Notes under the pieces: model-generated
The model's database searches: none
What the model saw: the letters and a program-made list of their open reading frames with translations, nothing else
Told to the model about the DNA's origin: nothing
Position numbers and translations under genes: made by a program
In this document: positions 1-11,579 of the stretch, piece after piece
Layout: the number at the start of each line of letters is the position of its first letter
Numbering within the stretch: the stretch's first letter is position 1
Source of the DNA: Octopus sinensis
Lineage: Eukaryota
Reading direction: 5' to 3'
Assembly: GCF_006345805.1 (NCBI RefSeq)
Contig: NC_043001.1
Coordinates: forward strand, 90,582,001-90,646,000
Length of the DNA: 64,000 nucleotides

Positions 1-115
1 TTTTTGTGACGTCATTGGTTTTGAGCGAACAAAACTTTATTAACGCGACATCAAAGTCTGCCGTTTTAAGCGCAACTAAAAAACAAACCCGAGCAACGCT
101 GAGCTATACTGCTAA
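1..115 (+). mobile_element. Possible 3' end of non-autonomous Helitron-like element
   Basis: ACCCGAGCAACGCTGAGCTATACTGCTAAT resembles the GC hairpin plus CTAG-like terminus; degenerate. Confidence 0.35.
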
Positions 116-843
116 TCATTTATAAACCGGTAACTAAATATGGAAATATCTTCGTGTAATTTCAAGTATTAAAACAATACGTTCATAAATTGATCACTCA
201 TCAACAACGAATAACTTTAAGTATGCTTTGTTTTAGCTGAGCTGGAAGTTAACTTAGATGAAAGTCGCCAGGTTGGTTGGGTCTAAACTAAGATTATGTA
301 TACGTTAATCTGTTGGATATGCTGGAATCAATTTTCATTAATATTCTGTTACATATTTGATTTCCATATAAATCGATGGTATTCTGATAAGATCGATATG
401 ATATTCATGTTTCTGTAATTCAATTGATTTTTCTTTATACCTGTTAATTTAATTCTATCAATAAATTGTGAAGTATATAATACAAGTGTAGCTCACTCGT
501 ACAACTGGATGAAGTGATTTTCAAGTATGATCTATATCTAATTCATTTCATTTAAAACCCCTCTGCTTCAGCGCATGGTGAGTATGGCCAGTAATTTTAA
601 TCGACCATAGAGGATAGAGACTTTGATGTCAGTATATATTACATGCCAACGTGAGAAAAACTATGAAATTTCGAAATAAAATTATTTTTTGTTTTCTCTA
701 ATGTCTGTGCTTTGTCCCTTTTTCCATTCCACACAAATCTTTAACCTTCCTGAAGTTTCGCATAAACTATATGTCAATTTGAAGATCAGTATTCTTTAAT
801 AAACGACACATTGTTTTAAACTGTTGTTTACAATTTTAATAAT

Positions 844-1053
844 CCTTTTTACTATAGGCACACAGCCTTAAATTTTGGAGGAGGGGACTAGTCGATTTTA
901 TCGACCCCAGTGTTTCACTTAATTTATCAACCCCGAAAGGATGAGAGGCAAAGTCGACTTCGGTGGAATTTCAACCCCAGAACATAAAGACAGACGGAAT
1001 ACCGCTAAATATTTCGTCCGGCATGCTAACGGTTCTGCCTGCCCGCCGCCTTA
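844..1053 (-). mobile_element. tRNA-derived SINE, family 1 (GGCGGCGAGCTGGCAGAA head), tail type B
   Basis: Matches many copies in window; 17-bp TSD TTTACAATTTTAATAAT at 827-843 and 1054-1070. Confidence 0.9.
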
Positions 1054-1748
1054 TTTACAATTTTAATAATAATAACTGTACACATTTTGATATATTTTAA
1101 ATCTATTTCTTTTTATCTCTTCGAACTGAAATAAATGCCGATTTTCAATCAATTATAATGGAAACTTAAAGAAAATAGACTGACATTGTTGGGGTTTCTT
1201 TGAAAAAGTGTTGACTTTTTATATATAATTTTCTCATGTTTTGCTAATAAAATGAAACAATACGACGGCCGGTTTCAGTTTCTGATTTCAACTTGACTTA
1301 TCGAACAGAAGAACCTTTAAAGCTTTGTCTTATAGAACGTAGCTGTGATGCACAATTTTCTAATCTATTTCTTTCAAAGGCTAAGCATAAAAAAAGTATT
1401 TCCTATATGGAGAATTATCAGCAGTTTGGAAATGAAACCAAACTACAAAATGCTGACTCCCTTCTCTAGCACAACAAGCAGAATAATATATCTTCAGTTT
1501 TTAGTTGAAACCACTCTTCCTACGATGATTGTTCCATTGCTTATTAATTTTAATCACCAACAGTCAAATCTCTTATTACATTCTGATATTGCATTTAAGT
1601 TAGTCTAATATAGAAAAAAGTAGGTAAATAATCTATCATTTAAATTGATAAGAGAATAAAAGCTATTAGCTCAATTTACTGAAATACATTTCCGAAAAGT
1701 CTTCATTTACTAAGGTTTTAAGAACATTAGCGTTTAATTGAATAAATA

Positions 1749-1889
1749 TAAGGTTGTCCCAAAAGTTCGTAGAAAGTCTTGGAAAATAATGGTCTGTATT
1801 TTGAGGAATAATTTTTGTTGTTTTTGTTAGTACTTGGCGAGTAAAAATTCAATTTTCGCAAGTGTTTACGAACTTTTGGGACAACCTAA
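1749..1889. mobile_element. Tc1/mariner-type MITE
   Basis: 21-bp perfect inverted repeat AGGTTGTCCCAAAAGTTCGTA (1751-1771, 1867-1887), TA flanks. Confidence 0.85.
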
Positions 1890-2525
1890 TAGTATAGAAT
1901 AATTTAAAATAACAATATAGCGGGATACAAAACCAGAAAATTAACTTACAGCAAAACTTGGACGCGAAAATTTAGAGTTCATTTTCAAAGTGATTACTAG
2001 AAGAATGCTCTGTGAGGGCCAAAAAAGGCAAATATAGCCGAACATTTTCCTTTTATAATCATTTTAATTATGCTTTGTTGGCTGCTTCAGTAAGCAGTTG
2101 TCATATTTCATTTTTCCTTATCATTCGTTTTAAACTATTTATCATATTTATGACATCAAGACACCAACAAATCAAAGGCAACAGAAACATGTACTGTGGG
2201 TTATATTACTAGATTATTAGATAATCTAATGCACACTACTATGTTTTCATATTTTGTTATCTTAGAATGCAATCGTATTCCATAAATGACATCAATGAAA
2301 TATGATCGTAAACAAGTTTTATATTGTGAGACTGATGGCATATTTGATTATCAGTTCTGTTTCGTGTTTCTTTTTTTAAATTTACAATTTATTATTAATT
2401 ATATTAAAAACCTAAATAGTTTTAAAGGGATTTTTTAAAATTAAGTTAAATTTAACCTAATTATAAACCATGTAAGTGAACTGCAGTAACTTTGTATAAT
2501 CACAAAACTTTAATATATTTGACAG

Positions 2526-2860
2526 ACGCAGGTGTGGCTGTATAGTAACAAGCTTGCTTCCCAGCCCCATGGTTCTGGGTTCAGTCTCATTGCGTGGCAC
2601 CTTAGGCAAGTGTCTTCTACTATAGCTTCGGGTCGACCAAAGCCTTGTGAGTGGATTTGGTAGACGGAAGCTGAAAGATGCCCGTCATATGGGTGTGTGT
2701 ATCTTTATGCCTGTGTTTGTCCCACCACCAACACCACCTGACAACCGGTTTTGGTGTGTTTACGTCCCCCGTAACTTAGCGGTTCCGCAAAAGAGACCGG
2801 CGTTGATTTGTTCGACCATAGTTACAACGGTAGTGCACCAGCATGACCGCAGCTTTAAAG
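2526..2860 (+). mobile_element. tRNA-derived SINE, family 2 (CORE-like ACCTTRGGCAAGT body; probably octopus OR-type)
   Basis: A/B-box-like head, body shared with 14307-14435 and 20291-20760, tail like CR1-like LINE 3' end. Confidence 0.85.
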
Positions 2861-2869
2861 TGTTATATA

Positions 2870-3040
2870 AGGCGGTGAGTTGGCAGAATCGGTAACACAC
2901 CGGGCAAAATGCTCAGTGGCATTTCGTCCGTCTTTATGCTCTGAGTTCAAATTCCACCGTGGTCAACTTGGCCATTCATTCTGTCGGTGAACGATAGAAT
3001 AAGTACCAGCTAAGTACTGGGGTCAATATATTTGACTTAT
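2870..3040 (+). mobile_element. SINE family 1, diverged copy
   Basis: GGCGGTGAGTTGGCAGAATCG...CTGAGTTCAAATTCC...AAGTACCAG. Confidence 0.85.
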
Positions 3041-3256
3041 AATATTTACATTGCAGTAGCAAAGTTACAAAAGCTTTTTGTTTCGCTTTTGTTTTTGTTT
3101 GTTTTGTTTTCTTAATATAGCGCATGTCCTGAAAAATTATTGCAAACAAGTTATAAAACTTTTATTATACAATTTGGTTCTATAATTTCATCGCTGATTA
3201 CAATAATTCTTTCGTTGGTACAAGGCCAGAAAGAGGGATGCAGTCCATTAAATCGA

Positions 3257-4273
3257 CTTCACTTTATAATCAGTAATCATTTGTTGTGGACGATTAAGGC
3301 ATCTTTAACCTCCACTGAACTTGAACTGGAAACTTAAAGGATTGTAAATAAACACTGAAAAATAAAACATTCAGCCTCTTCACCATGCAAAATTGTTATC
3401 GTATAAAAACTGCTTCATATTGAAAGTAACCAATACGATCAAACTTAAAATTCAACTATAAATCAATATCTTTAAGTGAATTACTTGATTACGTCGGATT
3501 GTTGGGCTTTATAATATTTAGTTCTGTTCTATTGAATTTGTTATCTCATTGAGATCTATAAAATGAGCACCTCTTATGAAATGGGATCGATCAAATCAAG
3601 GTTTTGTGCATTTCGTTCCAAGATTACTCATATATGAATTAATACATATCCCTTCACTTCTTTTATCTAACAGATGTAGATTTACAATTTTAAACCACTG
3701 GAGACAATAGTCATGAGAAATAATCTAGACGACTGAAAACTATGTTCCATAGAGTATGCATGATTGAGTTCTCTCAATCTATATGTTTCTCGAATCCATC
3801 ATCCAGTTGCCTGCGAGTTATTACCATATAAGTAATTTGTAAATTTACAATTGAAACGATGTGTCTTAATAATTTTCCAGTTACAAAACATTTAGATTTT
3901 GAGACTAATCTTTCGTTTTTGTGTATCAAAATATGTGTTTCAAAATGAACTGATGTTGCTCTCTGTTTTTACACCATTAGAACTGTTGATTTCCGTCGAT
4001 ATTTTAATATCATTAGCGTTAGTTGTTATAATAACCTATGTTACTCTTAAGGGAGCTTTTATGAACAATAATGGGGCCAAGGAGGTTCCTTCAGACAATA
4101 TGAAACAGTTTTTATACTATAACAATTTAGCATGGTGAAGAGATTGAATGCTATAGCCAAGATTTTATTTTTCAGTGTTTATTTACAATCCTTTAAGTTT
4201 TCAGTTCAAATTCAGTGGAGGTTAAAGATGCCTTAATCGTCCACACCAAATGATAACTACTTATATAGTGAAG
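3257..4273. repeat. Inverted repeat, ~165-bp arms (3257-3422 and 4096-4273)
   Basis: Arms align as reverse complements with few mismatches and one ~9-nt indel. Confidence 0.85.
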
Positions 4274-5280
4274 GACTACTAGTTACTTAAAGTTTACTGT
4301 TGGCGGCAAGAACTTGACTTCTGTCAACTACTCCACGATTAATTTCTCTAGAGATTACGTAACTTGTAGTGTATTATCACACCGTAATATACAATAACTG
4401 TCAAAGTTTCTCGAAAGTTTTCTTAATATGCAAGCAGTCCACTGCATCAGCATTTGATTAATTATCACATTTTTAACATCAAACGTAATGCTACAGTAAT
4501 TACTGTAAGACAGCTTCAACCTGAACAGAAACCCTACAATGTATCCCTTTGTAAGAAACTCTACTCTAAAACAATTTCTATGTAGTTTCTCTTTCATAGG
4601 CCGTTTTATGAGCTTTCTGTTATGTGAAATCAGATAAACAGATTTGTAAATTTTTGTATCTTCTACCGAGAGTAAGTAACAACATAAAGTTGTGACTTTC
4701 TTGTGAATTATGCAGCGACTTCGCTATGATTAAATTAGAGATTTTTATCACATCGGAGAAGGGATGTATGTGGTGGCCATTCGGGTTTGCTTCTTTATGG
4801 TGGTCTTATGTATTAATTGAAGTTAACATTATGTTTGAGAATGTCATGGAAAGGTCAGCTGCTTTATCATTGCCATTATTTTAGTTTACTAGCTTCAGAT
4901 ATAGGATTGAGGCTATACTAGAATACTCACTTCAAGAGTTTAATCAATGATATTGACTCCAGTACTTATTTCAATCTGGCTTTACGCCGGCAAACGTAAA
5001 TACAGACACAAAATACACATACATACAAAACATCAACTACATACAGGTACTAAGCAAAACAACAGGAGACTAATTAAGGGTATATAATTTAAATATTTCT
5101 AAGTGATATAGTAATAATTGAAATTAAATTATAATTAAGATTATCAATGGTGAGGAATCAAAAGTAATTCAACAAAATGCTACATAAACTTAGGTATGAC
5201 CAGTTGAAATTGTAGTAAATATAAAAAAATTAAAATCATTAATAAGGAAAAAATAAAAGAAAGAAAGCTTATATGATACC

Positions 5281-5497
5281 TATTTTTTTACTAGCCACAA
5301 GGGGCTAAACAAGGACAGACAAACGGATTAAGTCGATTACATAGACCCCAGTGCGTAACTGGTACTTAATTTATCGACGCCGAAAGGATGAAAGGCAAAG
5401 ACGACCTCGGCGGAATTTGAACTCAGAACGTAACGGCAGACGAAATACGGCTACGCATTTCGCCCGGCATGCTAACGTTTCTGCCAGCTCGCCGCCT
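5281..5497 (-). mobile_element. SINE family 1, tail type A
   Basis: Family consensus; imperfect TSD AAAGAAA..TATATGATACC on both sides. Confidence 0.9.
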
Positions 5498-5844
5498 TAA
5501 AGAAAACATATATGATACCGAATGACAATCCCGTTAATCACGAGTAGTTATGGCAGTGACGATTAAAAGAGAGTTATTTGTTCAAAGAGTTGTAATTACA
5601 TTCACAAATTTCAAAGTCAACTGTCGAATCTCAGGTTGTGTCTTCGATGTACATCCTTTGAAAATTCACGGTATAGTCATTCAGTTGCTTAATGGTGTAT
5701 AATTAATTTATTTGAATGGTAACACACTCTACAACATGTTGGTGTAATTTCTCTTTTCAAGAAACACAATATTGTTTCACAGGTTTAACTGAGAAAGTTT
5801 CCGGGTATAAGAACTAGTTCCAACGTTTGAAAAAATGTCCAACT

Positions 5845-6015
5845 TGTAAAATTTTAATTGGTTTGACACATAGGTACACCTCGCAGTACTTAATCAATTG
5901 AAATTGAAACATGTAATGGGAGACGTTAGAAAGAATGTACAACCTGTAAAATGTAAATGGGTTTGATACATAGGTACGCCTCGTAGTACTTAATCAATTG
6001 AAACATGTAATGAGA
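5845..6015. repeat. Short tandem duplication (~98-bp period)
   Basis: GGTTTGACACATAGGTACACCTCGCAGTACTTAATCAATTGAAA occurs twice. Confidence 0.75.
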
Positions 6016-6211
6016 TATTTCGTTCAGTCAATTGCATATCACCGACCCAATCAGTTTTTTACTACCAAAGCCTTGAAGAAGGGGCAGTGGGCATGGTCTC
6101 TGCAGTTAGCTCTCCAGACAACGGAGATTTATTCTATTATTGTTTCTGTGGAGCATTCGTAAGTCATAACTAGTGGGTAAGACATGAATAAGGGCGAAAT
6201 ATCAGAGGACA

Positions 6212-6770
6212 ATGTTCTGTGATGAATGGATTAGGTGTAGTGATTTGTGTTGAATCTAATTTGAATTTTCATGTATGAAAGCAAGAAAAAAATCTTCCGT
6301 CCGTCTTATTCAAAACATTGACTATCAGGTTCTATATCTTAAGCTTCTCAACGAAGGTTGCCGTTACTACCACGACTATTATATGCTTGCACCTTTTGAG
6401 GCTTCGCTCTAGCTAATAGAACCGAACAATGCCTTGTGAGTAAATTTAATATTCAGGAAATATATGGAATCTCGTCGAATATGAGTATGTTTGTATGTGT
6501 ATGGCTTTGTGTTTATGTTTACACCTGATACAGTTTGACAACCAGTTTTTGGTCTGTTTATTTACATCCTCGTAAAGAGAGGAGCGATGTTCTGTGACGA
6601 AAGAATTAGTTGTAGTGATTTGCGCTAGCCTTAATTTGAATGCTTTGAAATAAAACAAGAAGAAAATGCTTCTTCCTTCCTATTCGAAACATTGACCGTC
6701 AAGCTCATTATCTTAAGCTTCTCGGCCGCACATACGTTTCAGTTACTATCATGACCATTATATGCTTCCA
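6212..6770. repeat. Direct duplication of ~180 bp (6212-6390 and 6587-6770)
   Basis: TGTTCTGTGA...TGTAGTGATTTG...AAACATTGAC...TCTTAAGCTTCTC...GTTACTA...ATTATATGCTT in both. Confidence 0.7.
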
Positions 6771-7779
6771 ACAGATCAATCCATCATGTGTGAGGGAGAA
6801 CTGGTGAAGGCATCTTTCATGCGACATGTTTTTCTGCAACTCGTCTTCGTGCCCTAGCTACAATCATAGTTCAGGCGGAGAACGAGATTGGACATTTAGC
6901 ATCTAGAATGTTGTCAGGTACTCACCGTAGCACATCTCCCAGACAAGCACATTGGCATGAAAGTAACTCTCAATTTTTGAAGAAGGCTATTTGAGTGTGT
7001 GAACGACGATGGCCAGGATTGACTATGGGCATCGACTAGAACAGCCTATGTATTCTCTACTTGAGGTCTTTCATGTTGGTGACTATGGACGACTTCCAAA
7101 AGTCCTTTGCGTGGCAATACTACTCAGGGAGAATATTAAACCCCTTAGACACCTTACAGGACGATAAACAAAGCCTGTCAAAGAGTGGATGAACTCAGGA
7201 GAGTCAAAAGCCATCCAAATAGTATAACTATAACGCTTTTATTGTTAGTGATGTTGCTATTCTTATTATCACCATTTATCCTGGAACCCTGTCCTAGCGG
7301 CTCATGGTGGTAGCATTAATAATACATATCTAGAGACCATAAAAACCCAATTACATCTTTGTGGTATTATTTTAATGCAGCCAGTAACTCAAGCATTTCC
7401 TAAGACGAGCCTGCATGAGAGCCTTTATGTGGCCTCAGGACCTACTAGAAGTGGCAGGGTACATTATCTTACATAACCCATCAGATAATTTAGTCTTACA
7501 TATTCCTAAAAGAAGACGAGCTAGCTGAAATACCTTTGATTATAGATCTGCTGTATCAGGGTTAAAATAGAGTTAAACAACAACATCTAAGTATACAGCA
7601 TACTAATCAATGCCCGCACATGTTAACATCTTTATACATTGACTATAGATTATTCATTCAACGAAAAACGGAAGGACCATATCATGGAAAATAGCGAGAG
7701 AGAAAAAAAATTTTAAGTCTCTGATACAAACCCTATAAAATCCTACAACTCTCCAATATCTAAAAAAGAAAGCAGGATA

Positions 7780-7920
7780 CAAGCACGGCTGTGTGGTTAA
7801 AAAGTTTGCTTTACAACCACGTGGTTACTGGATCGAACCCTCGCGTGATTTGAGTGTCTTCTCCTATACCAATGCCTTCTACGTGAAATTTGGTCGACAG
7901 AAACTGAGCGGAGGCCCGTT
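7780..7920 (+). mobile_element. SINE family 2, degenerate 5' part
   Basis: GGCTGTGTGGTTAAAAAGTTTGC...TTTGGTCGACAGAAACTG similar to family 2. Confidence 0.65.
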
Positions 7921-8081
7921 GGATGCAGACTAAGAAGATACATAAGAACAATCAGGGAATGAATTGTTACATTCTAGGGCGTCTTTTAGACATCGTTTCG
8001 ATTCTGCCCAAAGTCTTGAAATTGTATTTATTTCAAATACTGTTGATAACTCATATAGATTTTGGCTACAGTGGAGATGTA

Positions 8082-8306
8082 TTGGGTTGTCCGGAAAGTT
8101 CTTTCCGATTTTTAAAGGAAAGAAAAAGGTCAATAAATACTTGCCATTACATTCTTAATCAACAAAATATGTACCATTTTGTTGCACAATGTGTCTCCAT
8201 CTTTCCTTTAACTTGAAAATACCCCCTTCCCAGAATTGAGGTGCCTTGGAGGGTAAGTTGAAGGGTAAGATACTATAAATCGGCACGAACTTTCCGGACA
8301 ACCCAA
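8082..8306. mobile_element. Mariner-derived MITE
   Basis: TIR TTGGGTTGTCCGGAAAGTTC / GAACTTTCCGGACAACCCAA with TA on both sides. Confidence 0.88.
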
Positions 8307-9376
8307 TAATTTTTCATTATTATGAGTAAAATTAGCTACTGGTAAGGAAGAACAGAATCGTGATAATTGATGAGTTGCAATTTCGTAAGACTAGAAAAGA
8401 TTAATTGTTAAGAGACTCTTGTTGTAAATTCGAATTATTTTAGGTGGAATGAAATCACTTAGCCGATATACGAGAGTTTGAACAGCTGCACTTCTTTTCA
8501 AATGAAAACCCAAGTTCCTATCAGGATCACTATTGGTCAAAATAGCTTTACTATTTTACCATTATATTACCCCACGGTAAAAACAAAATAACAGATACAT
8601 GTGCACACATGTACCGCCAAGGTTTTTTCTAAATTACTACAAAACTATGCAATTGTTCTGCTCTTGTTGAAGGGACAGTTTGATTATGCTACAATATTTA
8701 GGTTTGTTACGTTATGCTTTTAAGGGGAAAATGTAGTCACCTTACTAATTTATGAAGCTTTTGATCACCTACAACATTGTGATGGTTTTTAAACGAAAAA
8801 GATGTTGGTGAATCAATTTTTGTAATTACTATTTTTCCAGAAGTTTCCATGAGTGAAAAAAAAATAACAGATATAAGCGGTTAATTTTACCTCCATATAT
8901 CTATAAATCATTACGTGACTTTATAAAATTACTTTGCTCTTGTAGAGACAGTAAGCTACAATATTTAATGTATTTATCGTATATAAGTTGCACCCTTAAT
9001 TTAATGTTTAATCTCGGCAGACGATTTTTTTCAATTTTCTTTATTTGCTTTCATAATTTTAGCTTTGCTCTATGTATTAGTCGCACCCCAGTTTTTTCGG
9101 TTAAAATCAAGTATAAAATTATAAACAAACTACAAAATTATACGCGAATTATACACAATTAAATATGGTAAATCTTGTTATATTGTGCTTCTTTAATCAG
9201 CAGAGACATTGACAAATAGCAACTTGCTAAAAAAAAAGGAAAACATATCACCATTTCCATTTAGTTTTTATTATCAGTGATCTATCGCATATTTCATTCT
9301 CAATAACATTTTCGCAAAATATATGTAACCGTAATGTCAAGATAGCAATCCGGTAAGTTATTTGAAACTGAAAAAA

Positions 9377-9530
9377 ATCACCATGATCACCACTAATATC
9401 ATGGTGATGATGATCATGATCATCATCAAGATCATCATTATGATCATCATCATTATGATCATCATGATCATCATCATCATGATCTTCATCATCATGATCA
9501 TCATCATCGTAATTATTATTACTACCATTA
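9377..9530. repeat. (ATC)n imperfect microsatellite
   Basis: Direct reading. Confidence 0.95.
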
Positions 9531-9532
9531 CC

Positions 9533-9737
9533 GGTGGCGAGCTGAGAGTATCGTTAGCGTGCTAGACAAAATGCTAGGCAGCATTTTCATCCTACATTAC
9601 GTTCTGAGTTCAAATTCTGCCAAGTTCGATTTTGCCTTTCATCCTTTCGGGGTCGATAAAAAGAGTACCTGTTGAGTACTGGGGTCGATGTAGTCCCCTC
9701 CTCCAAAATTTCAGGCCTTTTGTCTTTAGTAGAAAGA

Positions 9738-9740
<3 letters not shown>
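9533..9740 (+). mobile_element. SINE family 1, tail type B ending in (AAT)n
   Basis: GGTGGCGAGCTG...GTTCTGAGTTCAAATTC...CCAAAATTTCAGGCC...AGTAGAAAG. Confidence 0.88.
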
Positions 9741-9791
<51 letters not shown>

Positions 9792-9795
<4 letters not shown>

Positions 9796-10331
9796 CCCTG
9801 ATGCAGTAATGCCCTGATGCAGTACCAGGCAGTGGCTCTCATGGCTTCTGATCTTAACTGATTGAAAGTGTTATCATGTACATTGTTTTGTCTTGGTATA
9901 AAAGTTGGGCTACAGCAAATATTCTGCTGAATACCACAGATTTGCTTGTCAGTTGTTTGACCTTAACCAGTTGAGCATCTCCCTTAGTGGCTGACGATGT
10001 GTGCATCTCTGATCCCGAGCAGCCATGTGTTGAGAGGGATTCTTTGGGGTTTGAATAATTCACCTCTGGAAACATGGGTGTTTCGTTCAACTTCCTTAAG
10101 CAAACCTTATTCAGCGGGATGGGTTAATCGACCAGAATAAAATTCTAACTGGGGCCCTACCTGCAAGGTCATGTGCTGTTTATCTTGATATGAGATCACC
10201 ATGTCGTGCACATATGGTTGTGATGCATGTCCCTAGTGTATCCTTATCGGACGGGTAGTCATGATGGGTATACTGGGCTTCGTATATTTTGCCCCAGTGT
10301 CACTTTGATGGCATGCACTGCTCTCTTACCC
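9792..10331. mobile_element. ~540-bp unclassified interspersed-repeat-like element embedded in (AAT)n
   Basis: Higher-GC non-coding block bounded by (AAT)n runs 9741-9793 and 10332-10387; terminal 16-mer AATGCCCTGATGCAGT duplicated. Confidence 0.55.
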
Positions 10332-10387
<56 letters not shown>

Positions 10388-10389
<2 letters not shown>

Positions 10390-11525
10390 TTTTTTTTCTT
10401 GTTCTTGTTCGTCTATCGACACGTATTCCATATCGCTCCCGTAAGTTTATTGTTATTTGTATTGTAACACAAAAAAGTTATATATTGAACTTTTATTATC
10501 CGTATATAGATAAATAACCAGGATCTTAAGAAGTTGGTTATTCTTTCTCCATTTGTAGCCCTTGGGGGCTCATTTGGGGATTGTTTAGCAAAGACACATC
10601 TCAATTTTTGCTTAAAAAAGGATCGTTCGTCCGATGAAAAGAACAGCTAGGTATCCGCAGAACAGAACAGCCAAATTGAAAAAGTCAGTAACAGTCGTAG
10701 TATCAGCAGCAGCAGTAGAAAGAGCTACAACAACAATATACTACGTGAAATGTGTGAAAGTAACTTTCTGATGCTAAAAATCTCAGAACAACCATTACAG
10801 GAACAACAATAGCGATCAATGACCACAAAAAGCAACAACACTAGCGAGAATATTTCCACCTCCACCACCACCGCCAGTGGCAACAGCAAACCACCAACAA
10901 CAACAACATCATTAACGAAAAAACAAGAACAAGAAAAAAGAATCATGCAAATCCGTTGTGAGGGGTTTTGCCGACGCGAAGCGACAAGTAAGTGAAAACA
11001 TTTTTATAAACGAAAATTAACTTAAAAGTGCAAAATGTATGTTGGAGAAATGTAGGAGAAATGTGGCTCTGAATGTACCTAGATCTATCCACCAAGAAAC
11101 CAATTTGCAGATAGTTCTATATAAAAGAATTGAAATAAAAAGAAAAGTAGAGCAGCAGATTGAAAAATGTTTACGACCAATTTGGAAGAGCGAAACCTAT
11201 ATAGCCATGGGGAAAAATCTGGGACTGTCGAAATGAGGGTCGCCTCAAAGGAGGAAGCCAAAAATAACTCAACAGTCACCCTAACGAATGACGAACTCGT
11301 CCTGATCCCCATTTATCTTATTCGAAGGGTATTCAAAGTAAGAATACTAAACGTACCACCAGAAATCAACATCTGCTGGTTAGCAGCTGCGTTTCCTTTC
11401 GACATAGATGAGAAAACCAATATTCTACAAATAGAGGCATTGTACTTATCTTGTACCTATATCTATAGGTACCTATCTTGTACCTTGTACCTATAGGCTT
11501 TGTACGTATAGTAGAAAGGATTATT
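10388..11525 (+). mobile_element. Degenerate Tx1-like ORF1 fragment
   Basis: GTVEMRVASKEEAK (ORF 11167) resembles GTIEVRFASEEKA at ~17231-17269 in the Tx1-like LINE; frameshifted. Confidence 0.6.
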
Positions 11526-11579
11526 TAAGTATATTATTAAGTCGGTATGTTATGAAAGAGTCTAATCAGTGCGATAAAC

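Noticed and set aside
8966-9170. Possible pogo/Tigger-like MITE
   Set aside because: Terminal inverted repeats too degenerate to support by eye
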